A stretch of DNA of 64,000 nt, taken from the NCBI GenBank assembly GCA_016200085.1, contig JACQFL010000050.1, forward strand, positions 115,088 through 179,087. The letters run 5' to 3'. The stretch's first letter is position 1; each line of letters begins with the position of its first letter. Under the pieces are notes generated by a model. That model did no database searches. It had not been told where the DNA came from and was given only the letters and a program-made list of their open reading frames with translations. Position numbers and translations under genes: made by a program. Source of the stretch: Candidatus Rokuibacteriota bacterium. GTDB taxonomy: Bacteria; Methylomirabilota; Methylomirabilia; Rokubacteriales; CSP1-6. Positions 1 to 7,072 of this stretch are shown one piece after another.

Positions 1-207
1 GACGTCATCCTCGCCGAGCCCCGGGCGCTCATCGGCTTCGCGGGCCCGCGCGTGATCGCCGAGACCATCCGGCAGCCCCTGCCCGAGGGGTTCCAGCGCT
101 CGGAGTTCCTGCTCGAGCACGGCCAGCTCGACGCGATCGTGGAGCGCGCCGACCTCAGGGACACGCTCTGCCGCCTGCTCGTCTTCTTCGCCGCCGCCGA
201 GGCGTGA
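1..207 (+). CDS. accD: acetyl-CoA carboxylase carboxyltransferase beta subunit, C-terminal fragment (5' end is outside the window)
   Basis: Frame-1 translation [52 protein letters not shown]... matches the conserved AccD C-terminus. Its stop overlaps the folC start (GTGATGA), and accD-folC is a conserved gene pair. Confidence 0.7.
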   Translation, partial: DVILAEPRALIGFAGPRVIAETIRQPLPEGFQRSEFLLEHGQLDAIVERADLRDTLCRLLVFFAAAEA

Positions 208-1520
208 TGACCTACGCCGAGGCGGTGGCGCGGCTCCTCGCGCTCCGCGGCGGCGAGTACACCGGGATGAAGCCCGGGCTCGAGCGGATCGAGGCCCTCC
301 TGGACGCCCTCGGGCACCCCGAGCGGGCCTACACGATCGCCCAGGTGGGCGGCACCAACGGCAAGGGCTCGGTCTGCGCCCTGCTCGCCGCCGCGCTGAA
401 GGCGGCCGGCCGCCGGGTCGGGCTGTACACCTCGCCCCACCTCGTGTCGTTCCGCGAGCGCATCCGGATCGACGGCGCCGCCATCGCCGAGGACGCGGTC
501 GCCGACGGGGTCGACGCGCTCGGCACGCTCTGTGCCCGCGTCGACGCCAGCGTCTTCGAGGCCACCACCGCGCTGGCCCTCGATCACTTCGCCCACGAAG
601 GCGTCGAGGTCGCCGTCCTCGAGGTCGGGCTCGGGGGCCGCTTCGACGCCACGACGGTCGGCCGGCCCGCCGTCAGCGTGCTCGGGCCCATCGACCTCGA
701 CCACCGCGAGTTCCTCGGCGACGCCCTCGAGGACATCGCCCGCGAGAAGGCCGCGATCATCCGGTCGGGCATCGCGGTGACGGCGGCGCAGGCCCCGGCG
801 GCGCAGGCGATCCTCGAGGCGCGCGCGGCCGAGGTCGGCGTGCCGCTGCTGCGCGAGGGCCACGAGCTCGCCGTCGAGGTCCTGGCGGCCGACGCGGCCG
901 GGCAGCGTCTGACCTGCCGCGGGCCCGGCTGGACGCTCGCCGATCTCGAGATCCGGCTGGCCGGCGCCTACCAGCCCGGTAACGCGCTGCTCGCCGTCAC
1001 CGCCGCGCGAGAGCTCGGGGCCCCGGAGGCGGCCATCCGCGCGGGGCTGGCCCGCGCCCGCTGGCCGGGGCGCTTTCAGGTGATCGCCGGTGAGCCCACG
1101 CTCGTCCTCGACGGTGCTCACAACCCGGCCGGCGCTCGGGCGCTCGCCGCCTCGCTGGCGCGCGTGTTTCCCGGGCGCGCCGTCACCCTCGTGATCGGCG
1201 TGCTGCGCGACAAGGACGCCCGGGGCATCGTCGCGGCGCTGACGCCCGTCGTCCGGCGCTGGATCGTCACCGCGCCGTCGAGCCGCCGGGCGCTGCCGGC
1301 AACCGATCTGGCGGGGCGCCTGCCCCCCGGTGTTGATGTCCGGGTGGCGGCGACCGTCGGGGAAGCCCTAGGGATGGCCACCCGCCCGGTCACGACCCCC
1401 ATTGTTTGTGTTGCGGGCTCGCTCACCGTCATCGGCGAAGCGCTCCGCACGCTGGGGAATGGCGATAAACCTTGCCCCGTGGAAAAGGGGGCTGATAGCA
1501 TGGAGTCCCTTTATTGGTGA
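204..1520 (+). CDS. folC: bifunctional folylpolyglutamate synthase / dihydrofolate synthase
   Basis: 438-aa ORF with the Mur-ligase P-loop GGTNGKGS, plus [17 protein letters not shown] and the DGAHNP motif typical of FolC. Confidence 0.85.
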   Translation: MMTYAEAVARLLALRGGEYTGMKPGLERIEALLDALGHPERAYTIAQVGGTNGKGSVCALLAAALKAAGRRVGLYTSPHLVSFRERIRIDGAAIAEDAVADGVDALGTLCARVDASVFEATTALALDHFAHEGVEVAVLEVGLGGRFDATTVGRPAVSVLGPIDLDHREFLGDALEDIAREKAAIIRSGIAVTAAQAPAAQAILEARAAEVGVPLLREGHELAVEVLAADAAGQRLTCRGPGWTLADLEIRLAGAYQPGNALLAVTAARELGAPEAAIRAGLARARWPGRFQVIAGEPTLVLDGAHNPAGARALAASLARVFPGRAVTLVIGVLRDKDARGIVAALTPVVRRWIVTAPSSRRALPATDLAGRLPPGVDVRVAATVGEALGMATRPVTTPIVCVAGSLTVIGEALRTLGNGDKPCPVEKGADSMESLYW

Positions 1521-1538
1521 GGACTTTCGAGACACTCA

Positions 1539-3773
1539 ATGACCCGCTTCCGCTCCGCCGTCGTGATCCTGGCCGGCCTCGTCCTGGTCGGGCCTTCTGT
1601 CGCGTCCGCGCAGATCACCCCGCCCCTCGGCGTGGCGCCCCCGACCTCGTCCCCGGGGGTGCCGGCAGCCGCCGCGCCCCCGGCGCCGGTCACCGTCACG
1701 ACCTCGGCCGGCGACGTGACCGTGATCGCCGACCGGATGGAGGAGGTCGCGCCCAGCAACCTCGTGGTGGCCACCGGCAACGTCGAGGTCACGAAAGGGA
1801 CCACGCGCCTGACGGCCGACCGGGTGGAGATCAACCGGGAGTCGGGTGACACCGTGGCAGTGGGCCGCCCCCTCCTCTACGACGGCCAGGACCGCCTGAC
1901 CGGCGACCGCATCGACTACAACTTGAAGACGGGCAGCGGGGTCATCCATCACGGCGAGGTCCACACTTCGCCCTACTACCGGATCGCCGGCGAGCGCCTG
2001 GAGCGCCTGGGCGAGGGTGTCTACCGGATCCGCCGCGGGATCTTCACCACGTGCGAAGACGACCCGCCCACGTGGTCCTTCCGCGCGGCGGACGCCACCG
2101 CCGATCTGGAAGCGGCGATCTACGGCACGAACGCCTCGCTGTGGGTCAAGAACGTGCCCGTGGTGCCGTATCTGCCGTTCTTCGCGGCGGCGCTCCGGCG
2201 CGAGCGACAGACTGGCTTCCTCGCGCCGCGCTTCGGCGACTCCTCGCGCAAGGGCGCCTTCACCGAGATCCCGTTCTTCTGGGCCATCTCCGACAGTCAG
2301 GACGCGACGGTGACGCTCGACGCCTACCAGAAGCGCGGCGTCGGCCTGAACCTCGAGTACCGCAACTACTTCTCGTCGACGGACAAGCTCGAAGCCACGG
2401 GCTTCTTCATCCACGAGAGCGAGGTCCGCGGCACGCTCAATCGCGGCTGGTGGGGCCTCAAGGACAGCGACGTCATCAGTCCCGGCTTCGTTCTCAAGGC
2501 CGACATCAACGGCGTCTCCGACGACGCCATCTTCCAGGACTACGCCGACCGGCTGCACTTCCGCAGCGCGCAGCGCGTCGAGTCGAACGTGTTCCTCACC
2601 AAGAGCTTCCCGACCTGGAACGTCGTCGGCAACCTGTTCTGGTACCAGGACTTGACCACCAGGCGGCCCATCGAGCTCTACCGGCTGCCCGACCTCCGCG
2701 CGGAGGCGGTCCGCCAACCCGTCCCCATTCCGGGGCTCCAGTCGTTCCTGTACGAGGGGCAGGCGAGCGCGGTGCGCTTCGTGCGGGAGCTCGGCTCGGA
2801 CGGCACCCGGCTCGATCTGCACCCGCGCCTCTCGCGCCCCATCTCCCTGCAGGGCTTCGCCACCGTCACGCCGTTCGTGGGCCTGCGCACCACGAGCTAC
2901 GACCGGACCGTGGTGGGCGAGCGGACGACCGCGGACGGCGCCACCGTCGAGAAGACCAGGGACGAGGTGCGCACGCGGGCCCTGAGCGAGATCGGAGCGG
3001 ATTTCGAGACCCGCGCCTCGCGGATCTTCGACGTGGGAGGCGCCGGCAACATCGACGCGATCCTGCACACCATCGAGCCGCGCGTCAACTACACGTGGGT
3101 CGAAGGCACCACGTTCAAGCACCTGCCGCTGTGGACGCCGGGGGTGGATGACATCCAGCCCTCGAGCACCTTCACGTACTCGCTCACGAACCGGCTCCGC
3201 GCACGCACCGTCGCCCCGGAGGGGACGGAGCCGGCGCGCTGGGAGCTCGCGCGCTTCGTCCTCTCCCAGACGGCCAACATGGAGAGCACCGCGCGGACGT
3301 TCGGGCCCGTCACCGCGGACCTCATCGTCGATCCCAACCGGATCTTTCGGTTCCGCGCCACCGGCAGCGTCGATCCCTACGGTCATGGTCACGCCGTGCA
3401 GTCGACGACGACCGACCTTTTCATTCGATATGATCCCATCGTGGCTTCCATCGGCACCCGCGCCAGCCAGCCCGACAAGGTGAACTTCCTGCAGGGGGGG
3501 CTCACCGCGGAGATCAATCGCTACCTGGTCGGGCGGTTCACCACCAACTGGGACCTGCGCACCGACACGTTCCTCGAGAACCGCGTGGGCGTCGACGCGA
3601 GGTTCGATTGTTACGCGCTCACGGTGGAGGTGGTGACCCGCAACAAGAGCGAGAACGAGATCCGGTTCGCGCTCACGCTCCTGGGCGTCGGCTCGCCGCT
3701 CGCCTCCGGGACCAAGGTGGGCCCGGGCGGCTTCGGCGCGGGCACCACCGGGGCGGAGAACCGCCTGCGGTGA
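1539..3773 (+). CDS. lptD: LPS-assembly outer-membrane protein LptD (OstA family)
   Basis: 744 aa. N-terminal signal peptide (MTRFRSAVVILAGLVLVGPSVASAQ), an OstA N-terminal domain (VIADRMEEV...GNVEVTKGTTRLTADRVEI) and a long beta-barrel-like C-terminal region. Confidence 0.85.
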   Translation: MTRFRSAVVILAGLVLVGPSVASAQITPPLGVAPPTSSPGVPAAAAPPAPVTVTTSAGDVTVIADRMEEVAPSNLVVATGNVEVTKGTTRLTADRVEINRESGDTVAVGRPLLYDGQDRLTGDRIDYNLKTGSGVIHHGEVHTSPYYRIAGERLERLGEGVYRIRRGIFTTCEDDPPTWSFRAADATADLEAAIYGTNASLWVKNVPVVPYLPFFAAALRRERQTGFLAPRFGDSSRKGAFTEIPFFWAISDSQDATVTLDAYQKRGVGLNLEYRNYFSSTDKLEATGFFIHESEVRGTLNRGWWGLKDSDVISPGFVLKADINGVSDDAIFQDYADRLHFRSAQRVESNVFLTKSFPTWNVVGNLFWYQDLTTRRPIELYRLPDLRAEAVRQPVPIPGLQSFLYEGQASAVRFVRELGSDGTRLDLHPRLSRPISLQGFATVTPFVGLRTTSYDRTVVGERTTADGATVEKTRDEVRTRALSEIGADFETRASRIFDVGGAGNIDAILHTIEPRVNYTWVEGTTFKHLPLWTPGVDDIQPSSTFTYSLTNRLRARTVAPEGTEPARWELARFVLSQTANMESTARTFGPVTADLIVDPNRIFRFRATGSVDPYGHGHAVQSTTTDLFIRYDPIVASIGTRASQPDKVNFLQGGLTAEINRYLVGRFTTNWDLRTDTFLENRVGVDARFDCYALTVEVVTRNKSENEIRFALTLLGVGSPLASGTKVGPGGFGAGTTGAENRLR

Positions 3774-4867
3774 TCCCGTTCATCGACCTCACCCGCCAGC
3801 ACGCCGGGCTCCGCGCCGAGCTCGTGGCGGCCACCGCCCGCGTCCTGGACTCGGCGCGCTTCGTGCTGGGCCCCGAGGGCGAGGCGCTGGAAGCGGAGCT
3901 GGCCGCCCTGGCCGGGGTGCGCCACGGCATCGGCGTGGGGTCGGGGACGGATGCGCTGCGCCTGGCCCTCACGGCCGTCGGGGTGGGCCCCGGCGACGAA
4001 GTCCTGACGCCGGCATTCTCGTTCGTGGCGTCCGCCTCCACCATCCTGATGGCGGGGGCCGTGCCGGTGTTCGTGGACGTCGACCCGGCCACCTTCGCGC
4101 TCGACCCGGACGCAGCGGAGCGCGCGATCAGCGCGCGCACGCGCGCCGTCGTCGCCGTGCACCTCTACGGCCACCCGGCGCCCATGGACGCCGTGGGCGC
4201 GCTCGCGCGCCGCCACGGGCTGGCCGTGATCGAGGACGCGGCGCAGGCGGTGGGCGCGTCGTATGCGGGTCGCCCCGTCGGCGCGTGGTCGGACGCCACC
4301 TGCCTGTCGTTCTATCCGACGAAGAACCTCGGCGCGGCGGGCGATGCGGGCATGGTGCTGACCGACCGTGACGACGTCGCCGCGCGCGTGCGGCGGCTGC
4401 GCCATCACGGCGACGGCGGGCGCTACCGCCACGTCGAGCTCGGCCTGTGCAGCCGGCTCGACGAGATGCAGGCGGCCGTGCTGCGTGTGAAGCTCCGGCG
4501 CCTGGCCGCCTGGACCGACGAGCACCGGCGGATCGCCGCGTGCTACGACGAGGGCCTGGCCGGCCTGCTGCTGGTGCGGCCCGTCGAGCGGCCGCCGGCC
4601 CGCCACGTCTATCATCTGTACACGGTGCGGCACCCGGACCGTGACCACCTCGCCAAGCAGCTGGCGGACCTCGGCGTCGGCACGGCCGTGCACTATCCGC
4701 TGCCCGTGCCCGGCCAGCCCCTGTTCGGCGGGGGCGGGGAGGGCCGCTGGCCCGAGGCCTGGCGCGCGTCGCGCGAGGTCCTGTCGCTGCCCTGCTTCGC
4801 CGGGATGCGGGACGAGGAGATCCACGCGGTCGTGCGGGCGGTGCGGCTCGCGTGCGGAGGGGCCTGA
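3770..4867 (+). CDS. DegT/DnrJ/EryC1/StrS family sugar aminotransferase (ArnB-like)
   Basis: VIPFIDLTRQHAGLRAELVAATARVLDSARFVLGPEGEALEAELA...GVGSGTDAL is typical of PLP-dependent sugar aminotransferases. A GTG start overlaps the lptD stop. The ORF-track start at 3608 is an upstream over-extension. Confidence 0.8.
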   Translation: MIPFIDLTRQHAGLRAELVAATARVLDSARFVLGPEGEALEAELAALAGVRHGIGVGSGTDALRLALTAVGVGPGDEVLTPAFSFVASASTILMAGAVPVFVDVDPATFALDPDAAERAISARTRAVVAVHLYGHPAPMDAVGALARRHGLAVIEDAAQAVGASYAGRPVGAWSDATCLSFYPTKNLGAAGDAGMVLTDRDDVAARVRRLRHHGDGGRYRHVELGLCSRLDEMQAAVLRVKLRRLAAWTDEHRRIAACYDEGLAGLLLVRPVERPPARHVYHLYTVRHPDRDHLAKQLADLGVGTAVHYPLPVPGQPLFGGGGEGRWPEAWRASREVLSLPCFAGMRDEEIHAVVRAVRLACGGA

Positions 4868-4868
4868 G

Positions 4869-6185
4869 ATGAGCGATCGCTCAGCGGCCGAGGAGCTCCA
4901 CGAGCGGCTCAGCGGGACGCCGACCATCGGCGTCGTGGGCCTGGGTTACGTCGGCCTGCCCCTGGCGGTGGCCTTCGCCGAGTCGGGCGCCCGCGTCGTC
5001 GGCATCGACCTCGATCCCGCGCGCGTGGCCGGCGTCACCGGCGGACGGAGCTTCGTGGAGGACGTGCCCACGGAGGCGCTGCGGCGCCTCGTGGCCTCCG
5101 GCCGTCTGAGCGCGACCGACGACTTCGCGGTCCTCAAGGACGCCGACGCCATCGTCATCTGCGTGCCGACGCCGCTCGGCAAGTCCAAGGAGCCCGACAT
5201 CTCGTTCGTCGTCGGCGCGGCCGACGCGGTGGCGGCGGTCGCCCGGCGGGCGCAGCTCGTGGTGCTCGAATCGACGACCTATCCCGGCAGCACCCAGGAA
5301 ATCCTCCAGCCACGGCTCGAGGCGCGTGGCCTCACGCCGGGCGAAGACGTCTTCCTCGCCTTCTCGCCCGAGCGCATCGATCCCGGCAACCGGCAGTTCG
5401 GGCTGCACAACATCCCCAAGGTCGTGGGCGGCCTCACCCCGCTCTGCCGCGAGCTCGCCATCGCGCTCTACGCGCGCATCACGCCCCGGGTGGTGACCGT
5501 CTCCAGCCCCGCCACCGCGGAGATGGTGAAGCTGCTCGAGAACACCTTCCGCTCGGTGAACATCGCGCTCGCCAACGAGTTCGCGATCATGTGCCGCCGG
5601 CTCGGCATCTCGGTGTGGGAGGTCATCGGGGCCGCCGCCACCAAGCCCTTCGGCTTCATGCCGTTCTATCCCGGGCCGGGGCTCGGCGGTCACTGCCTGC
5701 CCTCCGATCCGCACTACCTCAGCTGGAAGGTGCGCCTGGCCGGCTACGAGCCGCGCTTCATCTCGTTCGCCGACGAGATCAATCGCCAGATGCCCACGTA
5801 CGTCCTCCAGATGGTCACCGACGCGCTCAACGACGGCGGCCGCGCCGTGCGCGGCTCCCGCATCCTCGCCCTCGGCGTGGCCTACAAGCCGAACGTCGCC
5901 GATGTGCGCGACTCGCCCGCGCTCGAGATCGTCGAGGCCCTGGTGCTCAAGGGCGCCCGCGTCGCCTACGCCGACCCCTTCGTGCCCGCCATCAGCATCA
6001 GCGGGGTGAGCCTGCGCGCGGTGGACCTGGACGCGGTGGACGTCGCCGACTGGGACGTGGTCCTCGCGCTCACCGCGCACGCCAGCTTCGACTGGCCTCG
6101 GATCGTCCGCCGCGCGCGCCTCGTCATCGACACCCGGAACGCGACGGCGGCGCTCGGGCCGTCCCGCAACGTCATCAAGCTCTGA
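4869..6185 (+). CDS. nucleotide-sugar dehydrogenase (UDP-glucose/GDP-mannose dehydrogenase family; Ugd/WecC-like)
   Basis: MSDRSAAEELHERLSGTPTIGVVGLGYVGLPLAVAFAESGARVVGIDLD carries the N-terminal NAD Rossmann fold, with a catalytic-Cys region (GLGGHCLPSDPHYL). The ATG at 4869 lies just after the aminotransferase stop. Confidence 0.85.
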   Translation: MSDRSAAEELHERLSGTPTIGVVGLGYVGLPLAVAFAESGARVVGIDLDPARVAGVTGGRSFVEDVPTEALRRLVASGRLSATDDFAVLKDADAIVICVPTPLGKSKEPDISFVVGAADAVAAVARRAQLVVLESTTYPGSTQEILQPRLEARGLTPGEDVFLAFSPERIDPGNRQFGLHNIPKVVGGLTPLCRELAIALYARITPRVVTVSSPATAEMVKLLENTFRSVNIALANEFAIMCRRLGISVWEVIGAAATKPFGFMPFYPGPGLGGHCLPSDPHYLSWKVRLAGYEPRFISFADEINRQMPTYVLQMVTDALNDGGRAVRGSRILALGVAYKPNVADVRDSPALEIVEALVLKGARVAYADPFVPAISISGVSLRAVDLDAVDVADWDVVLALTAHASFDWPRIVRRARLVIDTRNATAALGPSRNVIKL

Positions 6186-7060
6186 TTCCCGCGCTGCTCT
6201 CGTCGCTCCGGCCCCGCCAGTGGGTCAAGAATCTGTTCGTCTTCGCCGGGCTCATCTTCGGCCACCGCCTGTTCACGCCCCTGGTGTGGCCCGCCCTTGG
6301 CGCCTTCGCCATCTTCTGCGCGCTGTCGGGGGCAATCTACCTGCTCAACGACGTGGCCGACCGCGACAAGGACCGGCTGCACCCGACCAAGCGGCTCCGG
6401 CCCATCGCCTCCGGCCGGCTGTCCGTGCCGGCCGCGGTGACGGCCGCCGTCGTGCTCGTCGCGGCGGGCCTGGCCGCGGGAACCCGCCTGGGCCACGCCT
6501 TCGTCGGCGTCGCCCTCGCCTACGCCATCCTCCTGACGGTGTACTCGGCATGGCTCAAGCACTTCGTCATCGTGGACGTGCTGGTGGTGTCGGCCGGCTT
6601 CGTGCTCCGGGCCGTGGGGGGGGCGGTGGCCGTGGATGTCGAGATCTCGGGCTGGCTCCTGATCTGCACGATCCTGATCGCGCTCTTCCTCGCCCTCGGC
6701 AAGCGGCGGTACGAGTACCTCGCGCTCGGCGAGGCGGCCGGCCGCTACCGCCCCATCCTCGCCGAGTACAGCGCGGGCCTGCTCGACCAGATGATCGCCG
6801 TGGTGACCGCCTCCACCGTGACCGCGTACGCGCTCTACACGATGTCGCCGGAGACGGTGGCCAAGTTCCACACGCACCTGCTGCCCGCCACGCTGCCCTT
6901 CGTGCTCTACGGCATCTTCCGATACCTCTATCTCCTGTACGCGCGGCAGCTCGGCGGCAACCCCTCGGAGCTCTTCCTCAACGACCTGCCCCTGCTCGCC
7001 AACACCGTGCTCTGGATCCTCGCGGTGCTCGCGCTCATCTACGGCCCGCGCCTCGGGTAG
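6182..7060 (+). CDS. UbiA-family prenyltransferase, decaprenyl-phosphate phosphoribosyltransferase-like
   Basis: LRPRQWVKNLFVFAGLIFG...YLLNDVADRDKDRLHPTKRLRPIASG carries the NDxxDxxxD motif and multiple TM helices. No ATG/GTG/TTG precedes the conserved N-terminus, so a CTG (6182) or ATT start is inferred. The TAG stop forms part of the TAGAAT box of the next gene. Confidence 0.7.
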   Translation: MIPALLSSLRPRQWVKNLFVFAGLIFGHRLFTPLVWPALGAFAIFCALSGAIYLLNDVADRDKDRLHPTKRLRPIASGRLSVPAAVTAAVVLVAAGLAAGTRLGHAFVGVALAYAILLTVYSAWLKHFVIVDVLVVSAGFVLRAVGGAVAVDVEISGWLLICTILIALFLALGKRRYEYLALGEAAGRYRPILAEYSAGLLDQMIAVVTASTVTAYALYTMSPETVAKFHTHLLPATLPFVLYGIFRYLYLLYARQLGGNPSELFLNDLPLLANTVLWILAVLALIYGPRLG

Positions 7061-7072
7061 AATCGGAGCGGC

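Noticed and set aside
1536-3392. 618-aa minus-strand ORF antisense to lptD. The window has many similar long antisense or alternate-frame ORFs (e.g. 16541..19486 -, 57904..60801 -, 39816..42362 -, 29506..31503 -, 25294..27420 -, 61205..63316 -).
   Set aside because: In ~70% GC DNA stop codons are rare, so long spurious ORFs arise opposite or out of frame with real genes. Their translations are low-complexity Arg/Gly/Ala/Pro-rich and match nothing, while the overlapping sense genes have clear family motifs.
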